From Vitrella brassicaformis CCMP3155 (lineage: Eukaryota; Protista; Chromerida): 43,776 nucleotides of DNA. A model generated the notes under the pieces. The model did no database searches. It saw only the letters and a program-made list of their open reading frames with translations, and was not told where the DNA came from. Below are positions 26,899-40,300 of this stretch, piece by piece. Numbering within the stretch: the first letter of the stretch is position 1; the number at the start of each line of letters is the position of its first letter. The DNA lies in the NCBI GenBank assembly GCA_001179505.1, contig CDMY01000606.1, positions 1 to 43,776 of the forward strand, written 5' to 3'. The translations under genes were made by a program, and so were the position numbers.

Positions 26899-29800
26899 AT
26901 GGCAGCACCTGCGAATCTGCACCAGCTGGTGATAGAGATGGGCAACTGGGACAAGGACAAGCGGTTCATGGCCGCCAGCGACCTCACCCAGGAGATCATC
27001 AACTGCTCCACACACCAGTCGCTCGACCAGTCCACCGCGACCAAGGTCTGCCAGGCATTCCTCACGCAACTCGAGGACCAGTCAATCGACGTGCAGGTCA
27101 GCCAAATCGAGGGGCACACACATACACCCACACACGCCCACAACACACCAACACACGCAGAGCGCCTCCCTCTCCCTCTCCCCCTCTCAATGTGTGTGTG
27201 TGTGTGTGTGTGTGCAGGGTAATGCGGTCAAGTGTCTCGCGAAGATCGTGGGCCGGTTTGGCGAGCAGCAGATCACCGACGTCATGGGTCGGCTGGCGTC
27301 CTTGGTGCTCGACGCCAAGGCCGAGGTGCGTGACATCTACGCCACCTGTCTGAAGGGCCTGATCTTCGAGCTGCACGACAGCTGCAGCACCATCGTCTGC
27401 CAGGCCGTCATCCCCAAGATGCTCCAGGGCATCACGCAGACAGTCAGCAACAACCCCGCCACGGACACGGCCATCAAGGAGGAGTGCACCGACGTGCTCC
27501 ACGACCTGCTCAAGCGATTCGGGGAGAACAAGATGTGGTTCAACGAGCAGGTACGCTGTGTGGTGTGCGTTGCTTTGTTGTGTTCACCGCACCATCAACC
27601 ATCCTGTGTTTGGCGTGGTGTGGTGTGGTGTGGTGTGTTGTGGCGCAGGAGCCGGTGTCCCACGCCTTGCTGAATCTGCTGTCCTCCGCCTACCGCCCCT
27701 CCGTCCGCAAGCGCGCCATCGCGTGCATCGGTGTGCTCTCAGCGGTCATGTCGGACCGTCAGCTGCACGGGCTGATCCGGGTGCTGCTGCAGAACGTGCG
27801 CAACGCCAACACCAAGTCCAACAAGCAGATGTACATCCAGTGCGTCGGGACGGTCGGCCGCAACGTGGGCTTCCGCATCGGCAGCCACCTCAGCGAGATC
27901 GCCCCCCTGTTTCTGAGCATATGTGGCGAGGACAGGGAGGGCGAGGAGGACACGGCCATGGACGGGGGCGACGCAGAGGCCGAGCACGAGGTGGTGGAGA
28001 ACTGCCTCACCGCCATAGAGTCGTTCGTCATCAAATGCACCCATCAGGTACCCCTCCCTCCCTCCCTCCCTCCCTCCCATCTCGCCTCTGTGTACGGTGT
28101 GTGGCATTTCGTGTGGTGTGGTGTGGTGTGGTTGTCTAGATGGTTCCGTATCTGGATCAGCTGATCAAGAAGTCTTTGGCGTTGGCCGAGTACGACCCTA
28201 ACTACTATGCGGGCGGTGATGATGACGACGAGATGCTCGACGGTGAGGAGGCCGACGAGTACGACGACGAGGGGCTGGCCGAGAGCGATGACGACGACAC
28301 CTCTTGGAAAGTCAGGAGGGCCGCTCTCAAGGTCGGGCGACTGACACACACACGGAGAGAGAGGGAGAGGGGGAGGTGCACATGTGTGTGGTGTGTGTGT
28401 TGTGTTGTGTTGGGGGGGTGTGCAGGTGTTGTCCGCGTTGATTCGTTCGCACCCGGACCGCCTCGAGAAGTTTTACACGGCCCTGACAGCCCCGCTCGTG
28501 AGCCGCCTTAAGGAGAGGGAGGAGAACGTCCGACTCGACGTATTCAACACCGTCGGCGAACTCGTCAAGGCCGCCGTCGTCCACCAGGTGCCCCACGCCC
28601 TACAGTCCCCCTCACCGCTCCCCCACATCTGCATTGGGCCTGTGTGGTGTGTGGTGTGTGTGGTGTGTGGTGTGTCAGGATACGCCCACTGGTCCGTTGG
28701 ATTTCGAGAGCAGCGGTGCGGAGCGGTCGACGAGCGGCGCCATGGCACAGCAGGAGCGCAACAAGGCCGCCCTGCCCCGCCAGCGACCCGCAGCGGCCAT
28801 CTTCATCAAGGAATTCGAACGAGCAAACGCCGTCCCGCGTAAGACCTCACAATATCTCTCACACCACACACCTGACTACTCCTATGCCGTGTTTATGTGT
28901 GTATGTGTATGTGTGTGTGTGTGTGTGTTGGTGTCTGTCAGTGATGCTTCGCCACCTGCGCAATTCGTCGCTCAAGACCCGACAGGGCGCTCTGCAGCTT
29001 TTCAAGACGATCGCCCAGAACCTGCCCACCGAGCTGGAGCCGTGGCTGCCCAAGATGCTGCCCGAGCTGGTCAAGGGCCTGCAGGGCTCACACAGCAGCA
29101 TCCGGCTCGACGCACTCGTGCTGCTCTTCCTGCAAGCCGAGCACTACCAGGTCAGTCAGCACCGACAGATCGACACACAGACAAGTGTGTGTGTGTGTGT
29201 GTGGATGGGGGGCTTATTTGTGTGTGTGTGTGTGTGCAGGATGCGAGTGTGTTCCAGGGGATGGCGCCCACTCTGTATCCCATATTTCTGAAGCTGCTTG
29301 ACGACAGCTACTACAAGATCGCCGCGCAGTCGCTGCGGGTGTGCGGGGCGTACGTCTATGCGCTGCGCCCCGACCGCACGGAGCCCCTCGACACACCCAT
29401 GGAGCAGTACCTGCACCCCCTCTGGGACGCACTGCAGGCCAAACTCACTCAGGCCGACATTGACCAGGTCAGACAGGCACACAGGGAGGGAGGGAGGGAG
29501 GGGGGATGGTGTGCAGACGAGTGGTGCGAAGATGCATGGGTGTGTTGCGGTGTGTTGTGTTGAGTGCAGGAGGTGAAGGAGTGTGCGTTGTACTGTTTCG
29601 GCCACATGCTGGCTGTCGTGGGGGACGTCCCCGCATTCGCCAAGTCCATCGACGCGGCACTCATGCCGTTCGTCGACCGACTCAAGGTACTCACCCCCCC
29701 AGAACCACCACCAAGGCGTTCTCGTCAAGCGTGCCCCTCCCTCCCTGCCTGTGTGTGTGTGTAGAATGAGGTGACTCGCAAGACGGCCCTTGCGAGTCTC

Positions 29801-32305
29801 AAGACGGTGTGTGCGTCGCCTCTGTCCATCAACCTGGACCCCGCTCTGGTGCCGGCCATCGCCCACCTGTCGTCGCTCCTCAACAACCAGAGCCGCTCCT
29901 TCAGACAGATCTGCCTCGACGTACTCGTCGCTCTCGTCCGCAAATATGGGCCCAAGGTGGACGCCAGCATTCTCAACCGACTCCTCGAGTGAGCAGAGGG
30001 AGAGAGAATGTGGTCAATTAATGGTTCTCATGTGTGCCGGATGTCTGGATGGATGTAGGGACTGCACGCCGTACGTCAAGGACACGGACCTGCACATAGC
30101 GGATCTGTGCATGCAGCTCATCACCACCACACTCGCCACGGTGCCGGCGACCGCACCTGTGGTCGCCAAGACCTGCATGGCCTCCGTTCTTACACTCTGC
30201 CGATCGCCCATTCTCCAGGTACCAACATCCAGCCACCCCACCCAGACACATCCATCCATCCATCCACCGACTCACACACCTTTCCTCTGTGTTTGTTCAG
30301 GGCCACACGTTGGTGTCGATATTGGATTTCTTCGGCCACGTGGTGGACCACCCGCAGCACTTCCCGCACAAACAGGTCTTCACCGAGCTGTCCGACGTGT
30401 CCCCCTCCTGCCAGGCCACCACCTCCTCACACACCGCTCGGCAGATCCTCTCCACCCTCGCCAAGTGCCTCGCGCAGTTCGTCGTCAAGTCGCCCGCCAA
30501 GACGCAGACCGACGCCATCAAGGGCTGGCTCAAGCAGCTCACATCGGCTTCTGGCAAGGAGGTGGGCGGCGCCAGCAACATGGTCAAAGTGCGCGAGATC
30601 GAGCTGGCCGTGCTGGCTCTCGGAGAGACTGGGCGACTCGGTGAGACACTGACTGACACACGAAGAGGGAGAGAGGGAGGGAGGGAGGGAGGGAGGGAGC
30701 GAGGGGGAGGGGGCCATGGATGTCAGTCGTGCTGTGATGTCGTTGTGTGTGTGTGTGTGCAGTGGATTTGAGCAAGCACAAGGGTGCGTTGGAGGCCTTC
30801 CTGGGTCTGTTCCACTCGCCCCACGAGGAGATCCGCTCGGCGTCCGCCATCGGTCTCGGCTACGCCACGTGCGGCGCCATGAGCACCTTCCTCAAGGTGC
30901 TCGTCGGCCAGATCCACTCGAGCGACCGCTCCACACGGTCCGCCAACGGCGCCCAGAACACCCACAAGACCCACTACCTCCTTCTCACGTCGCTGCGTGA
31001 AGTCGTGGCCCAGCACCATGCGGGCACTCCCGCGCCGCCCCCGGCTGCTGCTGCTGCTGGTGGTGCTGGTGAGATGAACGGCGTCAAGAGCATCGAGCAG
31101 CCGACGTTGACGGAGCACCTGAAGCCGCACGTCAACAAAGTGCTGCCCATCCTGGTCGAGTACGCCTCGAGTGAGGAGGAGAGCGACCGCACCGTCGTGG
31201 CTGAGTGCCTCGGGCAGATCCTCCTCCTCGACCCCGTCGCCGTCTCGCCCACACTCGCACCCCTCTTCGACACGGACGACGCCAAGAGCCGCACGACAGC
31301 AGTGTCTGCCCTCAGGTTCGCGGCGGCCAAGCAGTGCGACATCAAGACGCTGGAGGGGCTGCAGCCGCAGCTGATGCGGGCCCTGACGGACAGCGAGCTG
31401 ATGGTGCGCAAGGCGGCCCTGCAGACGCTTAATGTCGTGTGCGTGACGCGCTCGTCGACCTCGCTGCTGAGCGACGTGCAGATGCAGCAGAACCTGGTGG
31501 AGCAGCTCTTTAAAGACACCCAGGTCGATCAGAAGCTCATCCGCGAGGTCGACCTCGGACCGTTCAAACACAAGGTGGGTGGGTGGCTCTCACAGACACA
31601 CACAGAGAGGGGGAGAAGGTCACTGTGTGTGTGTGTGTGGTGTGTGTGAATGGGTGGTTCTCTCTCAGGTTGATGACGGTCTGCCGGTGCGCAAGGCGGC
31701 CTACACAGCCCTGGCGTCGCTGCTGAACGTGTACCCGGACACGGTGGCGTCTGGTCGTCTGATGGACTTCATCCACGTGGGCCTGGCCGACCACGAGGAC
31801 GTGCAGGTGCTGTGCTGCCAGATTCTCACCACCCTCGCCCACATCAACCCCACAGCCGTCATCCAGAAACTCGAAAAGATCGTCGACCCACTCGACAAGG
31901 CACTCGCCAAGGTCTGTGTGTGAGGGGAGGGAGGGAGAGAAGGGCTGCCACAGGTGAATGTCCGTCCATCCATGTGTGCTGTGCGTTTGTTGTGTGTTTT
32001 GTGTGTGTGGTAATTAAGGCGTTGAAGCAGCTGAGTTCTGGCCAGGAGGTGGAGCGTGTGAGCGACGCCCTGCGGCTCTACACGCGGACGCTCCAGACCG
32101 TTCACGACATACCCGAGGCACGGCAGTGCCAGCCGTTCCAGGTCGGTCCAGGCACACACAACACACACCGCACACAACACAACACACACACCATTAGTAT
32201 TCATGTCTGTGTGTGTGTGTGTGTGTGTAGGATTTCCTGCACAAGATATCCCGCAATCAGCAGTTCCAGGCCTTCGGCGACTTCTACAGTGCCGCACAGG
32301 TCTGA
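26899..32305 (+). CDS. CAND1: Cullin-associated NEDD8-dissociated protein 1 (TIP120), HEAT-repeat, multi-exon
   Basis: N-terminal DKDKRFMAASDL, SIDVQGNAVKCL, RDIYATCLKGL, VRKRAI, acidic DDDDTSWKVRRAALK, RLKEREENVRLDV, RLKNEVTRKTAL, C-terminal [25 protein letters not shown]. Stop at ~32303-32305. Confidence 0.96.
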
Positions 32306-33548
32306 GCTCTGCTGATCCATTCTGGCGATCTCTCGAGTCTCGCCCCCCTCCCATCCCTCCGCCATTCACCATCTATTCATCGCATGGCAGATTTAAGGGC
32401 AGCCAGCCAGCCAGCCAACCAGTACAGCCAGCCAGACAGACAAACAGCCTGTTGACCGTCCCCTCTCAGCCGTGCCCTTCTCTCTACCTCTGCCTGTGAG
32501 GGAGGCCATTCAGTGACGGCTGTGATGTGACGAGTGCGTGTGTGATGTAGGACGGACAGATCTTTTTGTCCACATATCCTCCCGCCCTATCTCTCCGTCC
32601 ATCGAGCTGCCTGTGTCTCTGCCTGCCTGCCTGCCTGCCTGCCTGTCCCCTATCGCAGTCTTGTCGCTACCTGTCTGCCTGTCTGTCTGTCTGTCTGTCT
32701 GTCAGCTCCGTGTGGTCGATGATTTCTGGCTATATTTGTGAAGAAGTGTCGGGGGGCCCTCCCACTGACTGACTGAGATGGTGCCTGCGTGTCTCTGCCT
32801 ACCTGGTGGTGATCGATGGAAGCGGGCTGAATTTGGTCCGCCTGGTGGTGGTGGTGGGCGGGGCGATTGGGAGTGCAATCAGTGACGTGTGTGCCTTCCA
32901 TTCATCCCCTTGTTGTTTGCTGCATGTACCATACCATACACACACATACCGATGAGTGCGCGCCCAGAAGGGTTGGCAAAACACACAGGCAGGCAGACAG
33001 CTGACTGATTGACGTGCGGCCAGGCCGGCCTCCTTGCATCTCATCACTTTGACGATGTCGGTTTGGTGGTGCATTCGGCTGGTGTCTTGTCTTGCACCCT
33101 CATGCTCCTGGTCCAGCTGTGCCCATGCATTCCATGTGCACAGCGGAGCCAACAGCTGTGTGGGAGCCAGCACCGGCCAGAATGCAACACCGACAGACAG
33201 ACAGCTAACACAGCAGAGCAGAACATGCAAGACCATCTAGCTGCAGCTGCACATGACCGGTGTGTGTGTCCTGCCTTCCATGTGCCTATCTACCGATTGT
33301 ATCTCCGTGTGTTGTGTGTGTGTGTTCGTGTCTGTCTGTCTGTCCCTGCATCAGTGCAGCAATATCAATTGGATGTGCGAGACTTTTAATCTCAGTCAAA
33401 CCTACCTACCCATCTTGCGAGGCGACTAGTCCTCATTTCATCACACTCACTCATCTCACACGGCACACACCGGCCACACTCTCGTATCCCAATGTCAAAT
33501 CACGCCAGCAATGAATGAATTCGAAGGCCAGTGTTGATCGTTTGGCAG

Positions 33549-33642
33549 ATGCTTCGACGACCAGCCCTTCGACCCGTCCATCCACCGCCTTCAGATGCAC
33601 ACGGCCATTCACGAGGGGAAGAGGCGGGCGGACGCACAGGCC
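33549..33642 (+). other. Possible isolated coding exon running into the assembly gap
   Basis: AG acceptor (ttggcag) followed by an open GC3-rich frame CFDDQPFDPSIHRLQMHTAIHEGKRRADAQA. No recognisable family. Confidence 0.3.
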
Positions 33643-33942
33643 NNNNNNNNNNNNNNNNNNNNNNNNNNNNNNNNNNNNNNNNNNNNNNNNNNNNNNNNNN
33701 NNNNNNNNNNNNNNNNNNNNNNNNNNNNNNNNNNNNNNNNNNNNNNNNNNNNNNNNNNNNNNNNNNNNNNNNNNNNNNNNNNNNNNNNNNNNNNNNNNNN
33801 NNNNNNNNNNNNNNNNNNNNNNNNNNNNNNNNNNNNNNNNNNNNNNNNNNNNNNNNNNNNNNNNNNNNNNNNNNNNNNNNNNNNNNNNNNNNNNNNNNNN
33901 NNNNNNNNNNNNNNNNNNNNNNNNNNNNNNNNNNNNNNNNNN
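33643..33942. other. Assembly gap (300 N)
   Basis: Run of N characters. Confidence 1.
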
Positions 33943-34371
33943 GGCGTGGTGTTGGGGCGATGGACGGGGCTGGGGTGTTCTCATCGGATGAGTGAGCGTG
34001 CCCTTTGTGCATAGGCATATGTGGATAGATTCATGGAGGCGATTTGGACAAGCGAGTGCATGGATGCCATCTGTCAATTGTCTCTTCCCTCAATTTCCTC
34101 GTCGACGTTTGGCAGATGCTGAGTATGTCAGACTCTTGATTGCTCTCCCTCTCTCTCCCTCTGTTTGTGGTCTGTCCTTGCTGCTGGTGTACACCACACC
34201 ACACTTTCGATTGACCCTCACCCACCCACCCTTTGTCTGCTGTCTTGTACGTGTGTGTTCGGTGGTTTTCCCTCTCCTGCGCGGCCACAAGGAGAAAGTT
34301 GTGACCCTCCATCGCAGCCGTGGTACCGTGGAGACAGAGTCACGCCCGTGGGGGCGCCCCCACCAAACGCC

Positions 34372-37300
34372 ATGAGGAGACTTCGAGTTGCCAGCGTGTT
34401 GTTCATCTTGATTTGTCTCTGGGAGATATCAGATGCGTCAAGGGACAGCAACGTGACAGCCAACGTGACGGTGGGGATTCTGATCAACCTCAGCGGCTAC
34501 CAGGACAAGTGCGGCCTGCAGCGGTTTCTCGCCGTCCTCGCGGCCATCCTGCACGGCCACCACCGCCACGCCACCTACTGCCCGTCCATCAAGCAGCTGT
34601 CTTCTTCAGCCTCTCTGGTGCCCCACGTCAATTGGGAGGCGAGGGACACAGAGGGCCGCCCGTCTCTCTCTCGGATAGAGTCGTACAGGTGGATGGAGGA
34701 CCGCAGCAAGTGGCGGGGGAGGCTCGTGGGAGTGCTGGGGCCGACCACCAGCGGGTCTAGCCGGGTGGTGGGGCAGGTGCTGGAGATTGAGGGGATACCG
34801 CACCTGCCCTGGGTGGCGTCCGACACAGATGTCGTCGGCAAGAAGATCTACCCGTTCACGTTCAGAACGGTCAGCGCGCAGCCACAGCCACACACAAAAC
34901 ACAATCATCCATTGCTCATATTCTTGTGTGTATGGCACGTCAGGTCGCGTCGAATGCCCTGATCGCTCAGGCCGCTGCATCTTTGATCGGCTCCTTTGGC
35001 TGGTCTGAGTTTATTGCTGTGAGCATACCGGCCGACTCGACGTCCCAGGACATCTTCAGCGACCTTTACTTCCAAGTGACTGGTTTGGTCTGACCAAGCC
35101 TGGCAGCGGGCGACGACGGCAGCAAAGTAGTGAAGGTGCGACACATCGAGCTAGAGCTTGAGGGACAGATTGCGCCTTGGGGGGAGAACAATGACGCAGC
35201 AACGCGTTCAGCCATCCGCAAGACCGTGGGGAAGATTCGTGCTTCCCCTGAGCGAGTCGTCGTCCTGTGTGTGATGTCATCGATCGCCATCAAGGTCAGC
35301 CGACGCAGCGAAGGGCGTGTGTGCCGCCCCATACCCATGTTTGCATGTGTTGCCTCTGCGCCTGTGGCAGATTATCCGTGAGGCGGATGAGCCATGGACG
35401 GTGTGGATCGTCACAGACGACGTCACTGTGCCGACCGACAAAACAGCCAATGCCACCATCACCTCCCCTCCACTTACCACCAGCCCCCCGCCCCTCATGC
35501 ACCTCTCTTCTACCACCGCTCCACAGCCCAAGATCGACGCCTCAGAGACCCAGCTGCTCGAAGGTATCTTCGCTGTTCGAGCCTACAAGGGAGGGGAGGA
35601 GTATCGTTATTTTGTCGACAAGTGGCCCTTCATCGTCCGCGACGTGGTGGCCCAGTTCTTCCCCCACTTGTCTCTGCCACTCCCCGGCCCGACGCCCGCC
35701 CCTGTGTCGGACCTCACTGTCGATGTGGCTGACGTGGTTGCCGAGGTGGAGTCCCTGGTGGCCTACGCCCTTAAGAACTCCCCAGACCGGCTCCTTCAGG
35801 CGGATCAGTGTGCCACAATCAGCGCCTCCTACGACGCCGTGGTCACCTTTCTGTTGGCGATGGAGAAGGCCATGGCAAACGGCGGCGATTCGCAAGACCT
35901 GACGGGCCCCCTCATCGCCACTCAGCTGCGCAGACTCGCTCCATTCCCCTGTCTGTCGGGCACAGTGGCCTTCGACGAGAGCCAAGACCGCCAGGCCATG
36001 ATCGAGATCGTCAACTTCGATGGCAAGGATGCCGTGGGCCACCCTGTGGCCGTATGGGAGCAGCAATACGGCCTCGAGTGGCGTGATCGAGACGCCGACC
36101 CGGCCTCCAGTGCATCTTTCCCGAGCGTGGTCTGACGGCAGGGCATCGTAGGGTGCTTTCACGCTCACAGGCCGCTTGGATACCCCCTGTGTCGGCTCGG
36201 CGAGAGCTTCAACCTTCCATCGCTGGAGTGCGTCAAGTGTCCAGTAGGGCGGTATGCGCCGAAGCTGGAGAGCTGGAAGGTAGTGGATGAGGACGGGACT
36301 GACTGGGCGCGGGCGCCTCTTGAGTGCGAGCTCTGTCCCGATGGGCTGTATTCGGACCAGGAGGGGATCTATTCGGACCAGGAGGAGAGGACCGCGTGCA
36401 CACCGTGCGAAACGGGACACTTCAGAAATAAGTGAGGGGGTGACGAGCGATTTTTGTGTCTCATCTGGTGTGTGTCTATGTATTTGCTCGGCTTCTGTCC
36501 ACCGCAGGAGGTATGAGGAGGACAATGGCATCCCAGACGCCGAAATGGGGTTGAAGTGCTATCGATGCCCGAATCACACAATGGCACGGCATAAAGGCAC
36601 GGCGGTGTGCGAGGAGTGCCCTTACGACGGAATGGGTGGGAAAATAAAAAGAGCCGAGAATGCACAGCCCCTTTCCCATATTTGCTTTTAGCACCCAGAG
36701 CTGGCGCTGACTCTTGTGAATCTATTGAGAACTGGTATTCTTGATCAGCACCAACAGTTGTAAGCCGTACTTTACTGATGAAAGCCGTACCACGGATGTG
36801 TCCAAAATGGTGTGTGTTGCAGAAGCAGGTAAGCGTGTTGTCTTACTGTCTTAAGTTGAAGACGATATGGGCAAACGGGGACAACGCCCTTGACTGATGT
36901 AGGCCGTGCGGACCCGACCTCTTCTCGGAAGCGGGGCTTGGAGGGCCTGAGTCATGCTACTGCCCGAGGGGATATATCAGGTTGGCACAACGTGGACAAG
37001 CGCATTGTTTGGTGATTTGTGTCTGCTCTATAGGGACAGCCAAAGGCTTGCGTGTCAGGAATGCATAGAAAGCATTAGATGCACCAAATGTATTTCTAGC
37101 CTCTCCGTGGTGCCCACGGAAAGCGGATACTATCAGCTCACAGTGACAAGAGAAGCGATCAATAACGGCTCTGAAACGACTACGTAAGGCCCATGGTCAT
37201 GGCAGAGCTTTGGCGCCTGTCTCTGTGCAGGTATGCTACTGGGATTACGCATTTACCTGTGGTGTTCCCTTGTATCTTAAAGAAAGCCTGTTTGGGCACA

Positions 37301-40300
37301 GATGAACGCACCGGGCTTACTAGATGCGCGGTGCGTTCTGCACAAGGAAGAGGAGGACTGTCGGCTGCTTCACCGACTTCACTCTTACACATGCTTACCT
37401 ACAGGAAGGCCACCGGGGCTTCGTGTGTGGTATATGTGACGACAGCTATGCAAGCAATGGTCCACCCCAGCCATGCCTGAAGTGCGCCGACCCTTTTCTA
37501 AATGCCTTCGCCGTCACTGCACTAATTAGCCTCTCCTTCGCTGCTATCTTCGGCCTTACCTTCTTTGCAAAGAGGTCCGATAACGCATTCACCTGCACAG
37601 CGTGGATGAGTATTCACATGTAGAGCAGGAGCCAGCAAACGTGATGACGTGATTTCAATGCTCTTGAAGATTGCACTGAACCATATCACATCGGTACATT
37701 CCCATATCAGAATGCATTGGTACTGACATGCTCTTTATTTCTGCAGATAAGTGTACTAGCTGTATTGGTGCTTTCGATGTCTCACGATAAGAAGATTGAC
37801 CTTGTTATACGGCCCTTCACCTGGGACGGAGGTCCGCCTTTTGTTGTGGGGCTGTGGGATTGCATTATTCGGCCGGCATCTGACGTAGATCAAATCGCGG
37901 TGCTATGGAGACACGCTGTTTGAATCGCCATACCTTTGCTGTCTCTCACTATTGCTCCAGTCCTTAGACTGCTCTTATTTCGACGTTGCAAAGGCAAGGG
38001 CATCGCTGATGATGCGGATCACATTGTGCAGAAGGGCTGGTGTGCGAAGCTCAAGAACGCTCTGGACGCACAGTTGCTGATCGTTATACTAATCTTCACG
38101 CATCCGAGCGTCACAGGGAATATGCTCATGCTCCTGCGATGTCGGTCTTATGCATATATCGACGGGTCAAATTAGTTGACGAGGCGCTTGCGGCTGAATA
38201 TCAACCTCAACTTGCTCTGCAACGAGAGCCCGCATTACTCCTTTAGTCTCATTGGCGTTGTTGGCTTAGTGTTGTGGAGCTTCTTGCTCGTGGTCATCGG
38301 TGTCATTCTTCTGAAAGGCGCTCAGAACGTTTTGCATACACCCAAGATACGCCGAGTATGAACGCGCTTTACGAGAGACACACCTGCAATTCATGCATTT
38401 GCATGCGCTTTCATATGTCCAGCGCTTTGGCTTCTTCTATCAAGTGAGAAGCGACAGAGGGCGACTTGAGGTGACGACTCATCGTGTATTGCCTTCTTAG
38501 GGATACAAGCGAGCCTATGCATGTTAAGTAAGCCAATGTATTGGTTCGTTGCGACACAGAAGCTCTCTGTTCTTCTTAATAGGACGCCGTATTTGCGCTG
38601 AGGTCCTCGGCATATAGGATACCTTTTGTTGCAACGCAAGTGCATTATATTTCGTGTAGGCGAGTGCTGGTCCTTGTGATTTCCCATGTGGCTGTCGAAG
38701 AGCCAGGCCTGCAGTTGGCTGGATGGATTATCATCGCTTCTACCTGTATGGGTCTCCACTTGATTGTCAAGCCATTTGACCACTGCCAGATGGACCTGTT
38801 AAATCGATATGAATCGCAAGGGTTGATCGTCTGGCTTGCTTCTATACCCCTGCTTTGCGTGATTACTCAGAGCGACGCCGCATTCTATATTAATCTCATG
38901 CTGGTGCTGTTGGCCGGGGCCCTTAATATCTACCACTATCTGAGCCTTTCCTTGATTATAGTCCACCATGGGCTGTTGCAGGTCGCTGAAAGCAGAGAAT
39001 TGTCTGGTAAGTTGCAACAGGTGCCCACACTAAAATCACTGACAAGGTTTGAATACGTTTTTCTGGTCAGTGCATAGGAACACCTCTTCGTCATGGCTCT
39101 TTATGGTATCTCAGCTTTCCGCTTGGTACGCGGAGCGAGAGCATAAACGACGCGAAGTACTTGGCGAGGTCTGGCTGGATTGGGAGAGTGGCAAACTCTC
39201 GCTAATGGACAACCTCAGCAGTAGTATTCCACACAACACGTCAACACGTGAGGCCTCGCGAAGACGCACTGCACAATGGAATAATAAGAGTGGCGAGCGG
39301 CGAGTGAGGAGGAAAGTTGAGATGTTGATAGGAATGCTATGTGCTGCTTTCGTGGAGGCAGTCGACCTATTGCAAATAGGAGATGTCAGTCTAGGGAATG
39401 GCTGTATTTGTTGCGTCTCTCATGAGTGTCTAACATTGCAGGTTCCGGCCGATTTTCTCGAGTTTATGTTATCCTACTGCTTTGTTCTGCAGTGGGCAAC
39501 GGCGAAGAAAAAGGTGAGACACCGAGGTTAGCTTCAGCCGAAACAGGTCAAGCAGAGACTTTGTCACGATCCTATTGATAGGTTGAAGGTGGAAGAGATT
39601 CTGATCAGCAAAGAGGTGCGCTTGTGAGGATCGTAGGAGAGGCTGCAGGGCTTCGTATGCGCTTCTATGCAGGTGGCAGTCCATATTTGTCAGTCATCGA
39701 TGGCTTGCCAAATAAACAGTTGAGGTCTATCTGGCCGAAAAACCTCACGCAATCTGACGTCTCCTTAATCGCGAGAAGCGGCATGACCCTACACGACCTG
39801 CAGGTTTGAAGACTTTGAACACATACATTCCTTCTCGTCGTTGTGCGCTACATCTCTTCTTTCCAGTCGAAGCTTTGGCTGGTGGTGGATGAGCTGGTTG
39901 CCCGACAGTATAAGTATGAGGAACTCGCTCGTCGACAAGCAAGGACCAGACAATACGTCAGGAGCCCATCAAAGCTACAGTTTTCTACCACCGGCGAGTT
40001 GGACTGTTGCTCTGAGAACGTGGAGGGCTGGCGCGAGCCATATTGGGCTTATCGACATGCCAAAGGCTACACACAGTCACGTAAAGACGGTGCCGCCAAA
40101 GGCCTTGAAGAGCACATAACAGAGAAAATGCAGCACATAAAGGTGTCTCATAAGAAAAGGAACTTCTGTGGGTGCTGCATTTCTGCGGCTCTATTTGTGT
40201 CTGTTGCGTGTGTCAGTCATCCGTGCAGGGTATTGAGAACCGCTGCACTGAGCTGTCGAGCGAGCTAAAGGCCATGCAAATTGACATAAGCCAACGATTC

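Noticed and set aside
27098-31571. Long minus-strand ORFs (e.g. 30723-31571, 27739-28107)
   Set aside because: Antisense shadows of GC3-rich CAND1 exons.
33451-34077. ORFs spanning poly-X
   Set aside because: Artefacts of reading through the 300-N gap.
36823-36828. 6-nt microexon AAGCAG
   Set aside because: The following putative intron would be only 27 nt and reads through in frame without a stop, so a microexon is not required.
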